IMG/VR virus record: IMGVR_UViG_3300020048_000041
Length of the DNA stretch: 63,462 bases
Reading direction: 5' to 3' (one strand)
DNA from: an uncultured virus (IMG/VR IMGVR_UViG_3300020048_000041)
Lineage: Duplodnaviria; Heunggongvirae; Uroviricota; Caudoviricetes
Part shown: piece after piece, positions 1 to 9,821 of the stretch
Layout of the letters: each line of letters opens with the position of its first letter
Numbering within the stretch: position 1 is the stretch's first letter
Notes under the pieces: generated by a model
What the model was told of the DNA's origin: nothing
The model's database searches: none
What the model saw: the letters and a program-made list of their open reading frames with translations, nothing else
Translations under genes and position numbers: made by a program

Positions 1-316
1 CAGTGTCAATAGTTTTGTACAATTGGGTACGGATATTTGATTCAAACTCAACATCGTTAGTTTCGATATCGTTATCAGCTAAGTCAACGACAGACACATT
101 AGGAATAGCGTAGATACCAGTAGATATTCTATTATCACGTTGCCATTTCCATAAAAACGATGGAGCGCCTTTAACGCCGAAATATGCGTTAGTCAATTCA
201 AAGTCAGTTTTAGTTAAACCAGAAACGCCCTTTGGCGAACGGTTATAAAAGGCAACTGCAACGCCTAAGTATTCGTCAGGAGTAAATTTAGCTTTAGAAG
301 AAGTTTGGTTAGTCAT
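1..316 (-). CDS. hypothetical early protein (3' truncated by window edge)
   Basis: ATG at 316 after GGAG RBS and a class-1 early promoter; frame MTNQTSSKAKF... stays open to position 1. Confidence 0.6.
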   Translation of the reverse strand, partial: MTNQTSSKAKFTPDEYLGVAVAFYNRSPKGVSGLTKTDFELTNAYFGVKGAPSFLWKWQRDNRISTGIYAIPNVSVVDLADNDIETNDVEFESNIRTQLYKTIDT

Positions 317-340
317 TTTATACGCTCCGGATAGTTCATT

Positions 341-400
341 AAGGTTTAACTTCATTAGACTCTATTATACTCGGTTTTTTCCAAAAGTAAAGCTTTATTT
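341..400 (-). promoter_or_regulatory. class-1 early promoter plus conserved leader (representative of ~24 copies)
   Basis: minus strand reads AAATAAAGC-TTTACT-N17-TATAAT-AGAGTCTAATGAAGTTAAACCTT; resembles T4 early GTTTAC/TATAAT promoters with an A-rich UP element. Confidence 0.9.
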
Positions 401-420
401 TATCTTTTTTAAAAATAATT

Positions 421-756
421 TTACTCGACTTTATGTTTTAAGAAGTGGTTGATATCAGAGTAATACTTAATATCTTCTCTATCCCATGAACCGGCTTGGT
501 AACTATCGGCATACTGTAATCTTTGTTCAGCATTTGCTTGGCGTTCAATATAATGTTCTTTACCATAAAAGCCGTATGCAACCTGTAATAAAGTGTAGGA
601 AATATCTTCTGATACCGAATAGGTATTTTCGACCAACTTTCTAATTGCTTTATGTTCAGGGTTGAATTGGTTTTTTATAACTTCTTCAGCAGGTGTTGCT
701 TTAAACTCAGCTGCGATTAAAGCCACTACTTCAGTCAATTTAATTTTATTAGTCAT
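421..756 (-). CDS. hypothetical early protein
   Basis: 111-aa ORF with GGAG RBS and own promoter cassette at 781-835. Confidence 0.7.
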   Translation of the reverse strand: MTNKIKLTEVVALIAAEFKATPAEEVIKNQFNPEHKAIRKLVENTYSVSEDISYTLLQVAYGFYGKEHYIERQANAEQRLQYADSYQAGSWDREDIKYYSDINHFLKHKVE

Positions 757-836
757 TTTATACGCTCCGGATAATTCATTAAGGTTTAACTTTAGACTCT
801 ATTATACTACTATTTTATGAAAAGTAAAGCTTTATT

Positions 837-1004
837 TTAATTATTTTCAAATTCTTTTTTACGCAAGGCAATAGTGCCACTTGCCATTAAAGAAATACCC
901 AGTACCGCTAACCCAAAAATGTTCAGCAAAGAAACAGTAGGTTCAACATCAGTCAAACTTGATGCGCCTAACATAACCAAAAAGCCAATAATAAATCTAA
1001 TCAT
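837..1004 (-). CDS. small two-TM membrane protein
   Basis: two hydrophobic stretches; ATG 1004 follows GGAG and a class-1 promoter. Confidence 0.6.
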   Translation of the reverse strand: MIRFIIGFLVMLGASSLTDVEPTVSLLNIFGLAVLGISLMASGTIALRKKEFENN

Positions 1005-1105
1005 TTTACACACTCCAAATATCATTAAGGTTTAACTTCATTACGATCTATTATACTCGGTTTTTATCAAAAGTAAAGCTTTTTTTAATTATTTTTAAAT
1101 TTATT

Positions 1106-1294
1106 TTATAAATCACAAAACTCATCATATGATTCATCAACTTCAACTTCAAATCCAGCGTTATCCGAGATTTCATTATAACGGGCAGTTATATCAAATT
1201 CAATCCATTTTCTAACTGTTTCAAACTCAGTAGCACCCAAAGCCGATTCAATTTTAGCGACAATATAATCAGGCAAATCTATTGTAATTTTCAT
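1106..1294 (-). CDS. hypothetical acidic protein
   Basis: ORF with GGAG RBS behind the TTGACA-N17-TATAAT promoter at 1325-1353. Confidence 0.6.
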   Translation of the reverse strand: MKITIDLPDYIVAKIESALGATEFETVRKWIEFDITARYNEISDNAGFEVEVDESYDEFCDL

Positions 1295-1681
1295 TTTAAC
1301 ACTCCGGTTTATTAAATATGATTTATTATAATTGTTCTGTTATTAAATGTCAAGCACTTTTGTAAATTTATCTACGGTATAATACGAGCAACCACCAAAT
1401 GATATTCCATAAGAATACCAAACCGATAATTCTCCGTCAATAATAGATTCAATTTTATTTTTTTTAGTTGATACTACTTTACCGACAAGTGGTTTTTGAA
1501 CCACCAAAATCATACGATACAGTTAACCCAACAACAAAATTAACATCTTTTTTCATCATTTCTAATACAGGCATTTTCAACTCCAATTTAATTACGGTTT
1601 AACTTCATTAGACTCTATTATACTTGATTATTTCTAAAAGTAAAGCTTTATTTTAATTATTTTTAAATTATTTTTAGGCGC

Positions 1682-1708
1682 AAAAAAGCCGACAATTAAG
1701 CCGGCTAA
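1682..1708 (-). terminator. Rho-independent terminator ending the DNA-modification cluster
   Basis: AGCCGGC-loop-GTCGGCT followed by a T run on the minus strand. Confidence 0.8.
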
Positions 1709-1712
1709 TTCA

Positions 1713-2252
1713 TCACGCAAATTTACTATTAATGAAGTTTAAAATCTTTTCTTGGTCAGAGAAGTTTTCATTTTTGAATTCAGTAATTAAATCCATATAG
1801 TCAAAGTTGCCTAGGATATTGCTAATCTTAGTATCCTTAGACTTTAAAAACTGCTCGGGTTGGTTACTACCGCGTTCATCATATCGACTTTGCAAGGTAG
1901 CCTTATCAGCAGAAATAACCAAAATATCAAATTGAGTATTAGGTAAGCTAGAAAAGAAGTCGTACGACTTCTGACCGGTAAGCCTATCGCCCTCAAACAT
2001 AATATTCACATCAGTTTGTTTTGCCCAATTGATAACCTCTGGCAGAGTAGCCATACTGAGGCGGTCTGTGCCGGCAAATACTTCACCTTCGTCATACTTT
2101 CCTAGGATATGTAAATTCAAATCTTTACAATATTCTGACGAAACAAGTTTAGCTTCTTCACGCCGCTCCCAAGTATAGTTTTTCATAAACTTACGAAACA
2201 AAGTAGTTTTACCGGTTCCAGGGACACCACAAACAGCAATAATTTTTCTCAT
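1713..2252 (-). CDS. P-loop nucleotide kinase of the DNA base-hypermodification type (5hmU-kinase-like)
   Basis: Walker A GVPGTGKT; LGKY, GTDRLS and FEGDRL motifs; clustered with TET/JBP and transferase genes. Confidence 0.7.
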   Translation of the reverse strand: MRKIIAVCGVPGTGKTTLFRKFMKNYTWERREEAKLVSSEYCKDLNLHILGKYDEGEVFAGTDRLSMATLPEVINWAKQTDVNIMFEGDRLTGQKSYDFFSSLPNTQFDILVISADKATLQSRYDERGSNQPEQFLKSKDTKISNILGNFDYMDLITEFKNENFSDQEKILNFINSKFA

Positions 2253-2629
2253 AATTCAGCTCTCACGTTTTCTTTTTCAGTAGGGGAATCTATAGCAATA
2301 ACATGTACTTTTTTACAGTAATTTATTAAGGTTTCTATTTGAATAGGATCGTCCTCAAAATGGAACTGAATATCATAACCAGACTCAATCAGCATTTCGA
2401 TAGTTCTAGCCTTATGTAGACCAGAACTAACACGAGTTTTTTCATGATATCGAATAGGATTAAAGAAGACTTGATTATAAATACCGCGTTGATGTAACAT
2501 AGTTAGCGTTGCCCGCGTTTCTTCTATAGATCTACCTGTTATAATAATATCATCTGGGTCAGGTCTAACACCGCGCAACCCTTTGCCCATATAAATAACG
2601 CCATCAATATCAAAAGTGTTAATTTGCAT
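2249..2629 (-). CDS. HAD-superfamily phosphatase (candidate inositol-phosphate phosphatase)
   Basis: motif I FDIDGVI, motif II ITGRS, Lys, motif IV FEDD; directly downstream of MIPS. Confidence 0.75.
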   Translation of the reverse strand: MQINTFDIDGVIYMGKGLRGVRPDPDDIIITGRSIEETRATLTMLHQRGIYNQVFFNPIRYHEKTRVSSGLHKARTIEMLIESGYDIQFHFEDDPIQIETLINYCKKVHVIAIDSPTEKENVRAEL

Positions 2630-2690
2630 TCATAATACCCTAAAGTTAATTTTACCATTCAATTATAACTTAATTATCTAACAAAGTAAA

Positions 2691-3968
2691 TTATCTGTAA
2701 TCGTTAACAGCTTTTTGAAATGTATACGGTAAATTTTTAGCAATTGGGTTATTTTCTTTCAATTGAGATTCAGTCATAGGCGTAATAATACGTCTGGCTA
2801 ATGCGTCACACTCAAATTTAGCATCTTCAATTTTCATTTGAACCGGCGGTGTTTTTTGAGTAATATGAGAAGCACCGCGTAAGAAACCAACGATACCTAA
2901 CTCAGCAGCCACTTTACAAAATCTAATAGCAGATACAACAACCGCACCGGAATTAGGAGAATCTTGAACTGATAATCTAGCAGTTAATTCATATCTAGCA
3001 CCGGCAAACCCGTAAGCTACAATATCAATATTGGCAATTTTATTATCAGAACCGACATAAGTTCCTCCTGGTTTTTGAATAACGGTTAAAGATGGACCAG
3101 CATATAAAGTCATTCCATCAATAGAAGTATTTCGAACACTATTTTGACCTTTCAATACATTTTCTTTAGAAATATGTTTAGATTCTAATCGGTCAGTTTT
3201 AGCCATATTTAAGAAATCGGTGTTAGCCGTTCTACCGGTACGGATATTTTCTTGACCTTGCGTAGTGCCAGCTGCCATATTCATTTGGATATGTTGAGTA
3301 ACTAATAATCCCGCGTCAAGCATACCGCCTTGTAAAATCTCAGATAAACGTGAAGCACCGAACCCAGAACGCATATCAGAACCAACAATAGTCAACCCTG
3401 CGTCAATAAACTTTTGTTCAACAAGTTGAGCTTCTTCAGTAGAAATAAATGTAGGAATACAGTTAACAAAATGACAGCCAGCTTTAACCGCCGCATCAAT
3501 ATAAAATTTGCTTGCTTCATGCGAGCCTACTGGAAGATAGTTAACGACGACATCAACTTTATGGTATTTTAACAATTCAACAACACGTTGAAAAGATTCA
3601 GCCGGAATAGCACCGGTTCTAAACGAAACGTTTTCTGGATAGTCTAACATATGAGGAGCCACACCATCTAACTCCGGACCAGAATAAACGATAGCGCCTT
3701 TTGGTACACATGCGTCTGAAATTTCATTAACATGATCCATAGAGCAATTTGGATTTGCTCTTAATGCTTCTTTTAGTGGTAGGTTAACTTTACGAATATC
3801 AACATCAAACCCACACACGAATTCGATATTGTTAACGGTATAGCCGCCGATATCTGGATACATTAAACCGACTGTATCATTTTGATTTTCTATATAGTAT
3901 TGAACACCTTCTACCAAAGATTTAGCGCAAGAACCAATACCTACCAATGCTACTCGTATTTTAGACAT
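2691..3968 (-). CDS. ino1: myo-inositol-1-phosphate synthase (bacterial Ino1 type)
   Basis: IRVALVGIGSCAKSLVEGV Rossmann start; VVNYLPVGS, FVNCIP, NTDFLNM, SKHISK, SDNK, DSPNSGAVV motifs. Confidence 0.9.
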   Translation of the reverse strand: MSKIRVALVGIGSCAKSLVEGVQYYIENQNDTVGLMYPDIGGYTVNNIEFVCGFDVDIRKVNLPLKEALRANPNCSMDHVNEISDACVPKGAIVYSGPELDGVAPHMLDYPENVSFRTGAIPAESFQRVVELLKYHKVDVVVNYLPVGSHEASKFYIDAAVKAGCHFVNCIPTFISTEEAQLVEQKFIDAGLTIVGSDMRSGFGASRLSEILQGGMLDAGLLVTQHIQMNMAAGTTQGQENIRTGRTANTDFLNMAKTDRLESKHISKENVLKGQNSVRNTSIDGMTLYAGPSLTVIQKPGGTYVGSDNKIANIDIVAYGFAGARYELTARLSVQDSPNSGAVVVSAIRFCKVAAELGIVGFLRGASHITQKTPPVQMKIEDAKFECDALARRIITPMTESQLKENNPIAKNLPYTFQKAVNDYR

Positions 3969-4109
3969 TTATTTTTCCTTTACATATCAGTTTTTTTATA
4001 GTTTTTAATAGACTAAGGGCAGAATATTTGGCTCGTTAGAGGTAGCTGCCCAAAACTAGATTCAATTATACCTTTTGGTTCCTCAAAAGTAAAGTATTTT
4101 GTTTAAAGA

Positions 4110-4979
4110 TTAAAAGAAATCAGATTCTGCTCCGTCAGGAGCATTTTGAAGATACGTGCTATATTTAATAGATTCATACCGCATAACTTTTTTCAGTTGA
4201 AGTTTAGGCTTTATTTGTAAATCATAACAATTAGCCTTTTCGTTAAAATTAGGCTCATCTTTATAATATTTAGAAATAATAGGATCTTCTAATAACCTTT
4301 TGCATACATATAATGTATGGTTTAATCTATTATCAGAATCATCTCTACACCCAGAAGATTGCATACCGCCCTGTAGCGTTCCATAGTTTATATTAGCCAA
4401 CAGCCAGTTTAAATTAGCAATCTTTTTGTCTTTCTCTAAAAAATATGATGTTATAACGTTATCATCACCATGCCCAACTAATGCTTTTGATTGTTTATCG
4501 TTAAACATAGCATTAAACGCACATGTTATTTTATACGGTTTCATTTCTAAAAATGGAGAGTTTTGTTTGAATAACATATTTGACGCAAAATTTACGCTTA
4601 ATGCAGAAACATTTTGTTCGTTCATTTTAGAGAATGCATAATCAAACACCCCAATAAAATCTAAAGGTATTATTTCTTTTGGCAATGCTGAATGTTTCAG
4701 CATTTGCATATTGGAAATATCATCGTCCATAAAGACCAAAGGTTCACCGTCAGGAAAGTAATCGATAGCAGCATTTCTTGCTACATTAGCGCCTAATCCA
4801 GATATTATGACATCTTTAATAGGATAAGTATCAATAACAGTTTTATACTTAATTTGTTCATCTTTGTTGGCTAACACTAAATGAATTTCAAATTTTTCAT
4901 CATATACTTTCATCAACTCAGCTAAGGTTTTCTTTTGAATTGAATCTGCCCTATCAAATGTTCTTATTACAATTTTCAT
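4110..4979 (-). CDS. GT-A fold glycosyltransferase (TET/JBP-associated type)
   Basis: N-terminal IVIRTFDR, G...ARN, FMDDD (DxD), GDD, GGMQ motifs; gene context. Confidence 0.7.
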   Translation of the reverse strand: MKIVIRTFDRADSIQKKTLAELMKVYDEKFEIHLVLANKDEQIKYKTVIDTYPIKDVIISGLGANVARNAAIDYFPDGEPLVFMDDDISNMQMLKHSALPKEIIPLDFIGVFDYAFSKMNEQNVSALSVNFASNMLFKQNSPFLEMKPYKITCAFNAMFNDKQSKALVGHGDDNVITSYFLEKDKKIANLNWLLANINYGTLQGGMQSSGCRDDSDNRLNHTLYVCKRLLEDPIISKYYKDEPNFNEKANCYDLQIKPKLQLKKVMRYESIKYSTYLQNAPDGAESDFF

Positions 4980-6190
4980 AATTTAATATAATGTTTCGGT
5001 GTGGTTAATATATCTGTTTTAAACGTAGAAATGTTATTGGTCAAATATGGAACAACAAGATTATCATCAGTCCATATTTCAGTTACCTTATTTCTATTTG
5101 CATCCTCTCCAAGCAAATTATAAACATTAGGCATATCATCATATAATTCATTCATATTTAACATCATATTGAATTCACCAAAAATAGAATTATACCAATT
5201 TACATAAGTGCAACCTTTAATATATCCTGGTTGCGTGCGTAAGGCTAACCTAAATTTTGTCCAATCAATTTCTGGCCAGTGTTCTCTGTAATATAGGTAT
5301 CTACTTGTAGCATCTCCTGAAGCATGACCGGCGTATTCTTTTGAATGATTATCATTGAATAGCCGTTTATATTGACACCAAATTGATTCCTTGCGAAAAG
5401 AATCAATTTTAAACCCCGCATTTTCTTCTGCTAACCTTGTATATTCCATTAATGCTTCTCTAGAATATTCAACATCTTTGTCAGATATTACATAAGAACC
5501 GTACTTACCCACCATTTTATCAGGGCGGTTTTCATACGCGCAAAGTCCATTCCATATAGATTGTAAAGAAGAATCATTATTTGGAGAATACCCATCTATC
5601 ATAATATCTTTAGGATCGATAGGTAATTCTAACAAATCATGTAATGCCTGTAAACACAACCAACCAGTCATTCTACCAAATTTATACAATTTTAAAATTT
5701 CAGAGTACATCGCATAAAAATTTTGTTTCTCGTTATCATGAACTAAAATTTTTTTGAATTTAGACTCAAAGGTATCTGTACCCAACCATTCTTTAACCGA
5801 CTTAACTTGAGAAGCAAAATGCCCTTTATTATATCTAGCATCTGTCCCGTATGATGTGCGTTTCCAGTTATTTGTGTTCCATTCTTCAAATTCTTCTATA
5901 GTATGTTCATGAACATACTTAAAAGTTTCAGCATAAGCAAATGCTTGTGGTGTTCTGTATGTCATACCGAAAAGCATAGCGAACCATGCTTTTCTTTCAT
6001 AATCATAATCTGAACACAGCGTTCTCATATAATGAGTGTGATCAAGATCGTGCGTCAGTATTCTCCAATTAAAATACCTATTGAATAACTCCTTTCTATT
6101 TTCTGGAGATTTCCAATCTGTAAGGGTTTGGACAACATCTCCAGAAAATTCATTCAAAAAATATGAGTTTTTAGCCAATTCTAAAGACAT
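4976..6190 (-). CDS. aGPT-Pplase / amino-acid:DNA transferase-like protein (HhH-glycosylase fold)
   Basis: FGRMTGWLCLQAL HhH-like segment, ESIWCQYK, TDARY; lies between the TET/JBP and kinase genes. Confidence 0.6.
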   Translation of the reverse strand: MSLELAKNSYFLNEFSGDVVQTLTDWKSPENRKELFNRYFNWRILTHDLDHTHYMRTLCSDYDYERKAWFAMLFGMTYRTPQAFAYAETFKYVHEHTIEEFEEWNTNNWKRTSYGTDARYNKGHFASQVKSVKEWLGTDTFESKFKKILVHDNEKQNFYAMYSEILKLYKFGRMTGWLCLQALHDLLELPIDPKDIMIDGYSPNNDSSLQSIWNGLCAYENRPDKMVGKYGSYVISDKDVEYSREALMEYTRLAEENAGFKIDSFRKESIWCQYKRLFNDNHSKEYAGHASGDATSRYLYYREHWPEIDWTKFRLALRTQPGYIKGCTYVNWYNSIFGEFNMMLNMNELYDDMPNVYNLLGEDANRNKVTEIWTDDNLVVPYLTNNISTFKTDILTTPKHYIKL

Positions 6191-7596
6191 TAAAAGAATT
6201 CCTCTAAGGATACACTTTCATAGGCGTTTTTAAGCCAAGGGTGATACTTATCTAACCATTCATTTCCATTAGGCTGAGCCTTTAGATAATCGTACCATTC
6301 TTTAGCTTTAGAATAATCGCCATCTTTAGCTTCATGGTCTGCCCACATTCCTGGAGTAATACCGTTCCATCTAAACCGTTGGTCTTTATGGTCTGGGTCA
6401 TTTTTTCTAGATTCAACGAAATTGAACCGGCAATCTTCGTAGTCGTAAGAACCTAAGTTTAACATATTTTCTCTGAAGTAACAAATAATAGAAACCCGCT
6501 CAGCTAAGTCGTCATTTTTAACGATAGGCGTGTTACCATGCATAACTTCATGATTATTAACAAGTAACAAATCTAGAGGTCTAACGCTAACCGCGATTCT
6601 GTATTCTGGAAATACTAGATAGCCGCCAGAATAGTTATCATTAACAGATAACACTAGCAAATTAGATAAGCCTTCATTCAAATCGCCGGCGTCATAATGA
6701 GCCGCCGTTCTAAAGGTATTATTCACTGTTAATGTAGTAAATACCGTGCCTGGAACCAAAAACTTTTCATCAATTTTATCAGCTGCCGCTTTTTGATTAC
6801 CCCAGCGCCATGGTAATAAGGTTTTAAACCCTTTGTTCAAAGACTGGATAAAAGGGAAACATTTTTTGAATTTATCAAACTGATAATTTGTATATGATGT
6901 TGGTCTACCATATGGAATTCTAGGGTATCTATCAAACCAACCTGCTATACCAGAATTACATGGAACAGCATAGTTTGTAGTAGAAATGAATTCTTTAGCA
7001 ACCATTTCAGCTTCAGCTTTAGCCGCTTCACGCGGTAACTTAGAAGTCGCTTCAGCCCACTCATCAAAATTAAATCCTTCAGGTAATTTAGAAGGCAACC
7101 AAACCTGGCAACGAATTTCATTATCAACATAATGAGCATTTTTGATTTTATCAAACTCATCACCTTCATTATACAAATCGTCAATAGGATTAATGAAGTA
7201 ATCTAAAATAGCATGTTCTTTAGGTTTAACCCTAATACGACCAGAGTTATCGCTAAATGTACCATCAATATTACCTGTATTTTGAAACGTACCGGCGGCA
7301 AGACCTCTGTTATTAGATGACGTGGCAGCATCTTTTAAACCCTCATACGCCCAGTCGTGCTCTTCTTTACTGAAGAAGTTTTTTCTAAATTTGAACGCAA
7401 TACGCAGTTCGTCTTGACCTTTATCGCATGAGCTACAATCTGATTCACAATCTACCTGTGTAGATAAATCACACATAGCAGGCATATAACAGTCGGTATC
7501 TTCTTCAACCAAAATATCGTAATGAGATTCATCAAGAAATCTACCCAATAGGTGCTCACAATCTAGTTTAGATTTGGCAACAATAACATTAACCAT
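6190..7596 (-). CDS. TET/JBP-family 2OG-Fe(II) dioxygenase
   Basis: FTTLTVN.TFRTAAHYDAGD (HxD), GGYLVFPEY, MHGNTPI (H), RVSIICYFRE (R). Confidence 0.85.
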   Translation of the reverse strand: MVNVIVAKSKLDCEHLLGRFLDESHYDILVEEDTDCYMPAMCDLSTQVDCESDCSSCDKGQDELRIAFKFRKNFFSKEEHDWAYEGLKDAATSSNNRGLAAGTFQNTGNIDGTFSDNSGRIRVKPKEHAILDYFINPIDDLYNEGDEFDKIKNAHYVDNEIRCQVWLPSKLPEGFNFDEWAEATSKLPREAAKAEAEMVAKEFISTTNYAVPCNSGIAGWFDRYPRIPYGRPTSYTNYQFDKFKKCFPFIQSLNKGFKTLLPWRWGNQKAAADKIDEKFLVPGTVFTTLTVNNTFRTAAHYDAGDLNEGLSNLLVLSVNDNYSGGYLVFPEYRIAVSVRPLDLLLVNNHEVMHGNTPIVKNDDLAERVSIICYFRENMLNLGSYDYEDCRFNFVESRKNDPDHKDQRFRWNGITPGMWADHEAKDGDYSKAKEWYDYLKAQPNGNEWLDKYHPWLKNAYESVSLEEFF

Positions 7597-7663
7597 AATT
7601 CAAATTCCTCTTATAAAAATAATAATTATACTTTAAACCCGTTTCAAAGTAAAGGTATTTAGA

Positions 7664-9457
7664 CTAAAATTTGAATCCATTCGTTTCAATTCGTTTAGTT
7701 TTAGCTTGAAACCCGTTATTTGTATCAACAGTACCCGCGCCGGATATATTATGCTGAGCAGAGCTTTCAACATCAAACAATCTCATCTTACTTCTATCTA
7801 TACCGATAGTGAAACGCTTATAATAGGAAATGTCATTATATCTATTTTTCAACTGCTTAACCATAATCTGACCCATTTCTTCTAACTCTTCAGTAGACAT
7901 TAAGCCTATGAATAAATCTAACGTATGGGCGATACCTATAGATTCACTGACATTAGTTAAATCCATATCGGTAGAAGTCTGTCCTTCACGATTAGGCTGA
8001 GTCGCGGTGACAACCGGAACATTATACTCAACCGCTAACCCGCGCAACTCTTCAGCAATAGATTTAATCAACATATAAGAATTAACACCGCTACCGTATT
8101 TCATTCTTTGAGACGCACAAATATTCAAATAATCTATACAGATGAGGTCAGGCTTGAAGTTCTTTTTACCCTTTAACTCCTCAAGCAAAACTCTAAAATG
8201 ACCAGCATGAGCTGATGACGTCGGATATTCTTTGATGATTAATTTACCGGTCGTCTTTTCCATCAACCTTTGAATCCTAGTTTCAAATACAGGTCGTTCA
8301 ACAGTTTTCAACTCCGTTATAGGGATATTCAAAAGATTAGCATCGATACGTTCAGCAATACGTTCTTCAGACATTTCCATTGTAATATATAGAACATTTT
8401 TACCCTGTGCCATAGTAGCCGCCGCAATATGACACATCGCTAAAGATTTACCAACGCCCGTGTTATGAGAAGAAACCCCATTTGTATAGTACCTATGGTT
8501 ATCATGGTCAACCGTAATATCAACGATAGGAATCAACTCACCAGTTTCAACAATATAGCCGCTGACTAAACCTTTATCTGTATGAAAGTTTACTGTTTGG
8601 TCTACAAGGTCTTTAGCATAATACCAACCTGCCTGAGTTTCAAACAAATGAATCTCATTACATCTAACAGTATCGCCGTTAGATAACGTAAGGACATACT
8701 CATCCCAAAAACCTTTATCCACAAAATTCGATACGTTAACCCAACCATCAGGGGATGTTACCTCAATTTTATAATCTAATAACAATTTTTTAACATCACC
8801 AATAGCGATATGCCTTTCAGCAACCCAACCCTGTTTACTGGTAATCCTAACTGAAATAGACGTATCAGGATGAACGCAACCTGCTAAGAAACAATTTAAC
8901 GTTTTAAGGCTTAACCCGCCGCCCGTAATTTTATTCATCAACTCTAAGTCAAACGGAATTTTAGTTTCAACGTTATGATAATGGTCGTATCGTTCAGAGT
9001 AATCTAAAATGTAATCATGACCAACATTTGTATCAAAAGATACCGCTAACGCATCAGATAAGATAGACGGAATAGCATCTTCACGAAACTGTTTATCCTT
9101 ACCCTCAATTATCTTAATAGAATGTAATATGGCACCATAAACTGCTTTATCTTTACAGAATTTTTCAGTTTCAAGTAATAACCATTCATCATTAATATCT
9201 TTATGTTCAATTTTAGATACAAGCGCCGTTAACTCAGTTAATTCTTTATCATTAATATCAGTTCTGTTTCTGATTTCAATATCAAGAATCTGCGGTGTAA
9301 TAATCTTATTAAACTTGGTAAAGTATTCACCAATTTCGTTAACAAGAATAGATTCTATCCTATCGGTAAAATATTCTTTTTTAATGAAAGGTAAGGTTTT
9401 TCTAGTAAACTCTTCATTGTAAATCAGATTAGAAATAATAATATCTTCAATTCGCAT
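7664..9457 (-). CDS. 41: replicative DNA helicase gp41, intein-containing
   Basis: LAG|TGVGKS Walker A after intein removal; VLYITMEM, IDYLNI, TATQ.NR, SESIG, KQLKNRY. Confidence 0.95.
   Translation of the reverse strand: MRIEDIIISNLIYNEEFTRKTLPFIKKEYFTDRIESILVNEIGEYFTKFNKIITPQILDIEIRNRTDINDKELTELTALVSKIEHKDINDEWLLLETEKFCKDKAVYGAILHSIKIIEGKDKQFREDAIPSILSDALAVSFDTNVGHDYILDYSERYDHYHNVETKIPFDLELMNKITGGGLSLKTLNCFLAGCVHPDTSISVRITSKQGWVAERHIAIGDVKKLLLDYKIEVTSPDGWVNVSNFVDKGFWDEYVLTLSNGDTVRCNEIHLFETQAGWYYAKDLVDQTVNFHTDKGLVSGYIVETGELIPIVDITVDHDNHRYYTNGVSSHNTGVGKSLAMCHIAAATMAQGKNVLYITMEMSEERIAERIDANLLNIPITELKTVERPVFETRIQRLMEKTTGKLIIKEYPTSSAHAGHFRVLLEELKGKKNFKPDLICIDYLNICASQRMKYGSGVNSYMLIKSIAEELRGLAVEYNVPVVTATQPNREGQTSTDMDLTNVSESIGIAHTLDLFIGLMSTEELEEMGQIMVKQLKNRYNDISYYKRFTIGIDRSKMRLFDVESSAQHNISGAGTVDTNNGFQAKTKRIETNGFKF
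8462..8878 (-). mobile_element. mini-intein (139 aa) in the gp41 Walker A motif
   Basis: begins CVHPDT, block B CNEIHLF, ends YYTNGVSSHN followed by Thr; no LAGLIDADG domain. Confidence 0.95.
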
Positions 9458-9467
9458 ATCAGTCCTG

Positions 9468-9749
9468 TTAAGCTTTAATGTTTTCAATTCCTGTGGTAAT
9501 AATATCAACCAAAATATCACCAATCATTTTCTTAAATGTCATTAAATCATCTTCAGGAATATACCCTTCTTGTAAAATGTAATTAAATTCTAGCATACCA
9601 CCATCCTCATCTGGTATCTCAACGAATTTTACATCATCATATGTAAGTACACAATAGATAGATTCATTTTCTGTTAAAAAGTCAAACTCGATTGCGGTAA
9701 CTTCAGCGCCGGTTTTATCGATATAATTTATTGCTTGGTAATTTATCAT
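9468..9749 (-). CDS. acidic hypothetical protein at the position of T4 gp40
   Basis: ORF between uvsX and 41; assignment by synteny only. Confidence 0.5.
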   Translation of the reverse strand: MINYQAINYIDKTGAEVTAIEFDFLTENESIYCVLTYDDVKFVEIPDEDGGMLEFNYILQEGYIPEDDLMTFKKMIGDILVDIITTGIENIKA

Positions 9750-9821
9750 AATGTTCCCATAAAATGAAAATAGCGTATAACGAATTAACATTATACGCTT
9801 TTGTTTCTAGAAAGTAAAGTT

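Noticed and set aside
3985..4051. preQ1-I riboswitch before ino1
   Set aside because: The A-rich tail is suggestive, but loop consensus and stem-tail spacing do not match and the gene context is unrelated.
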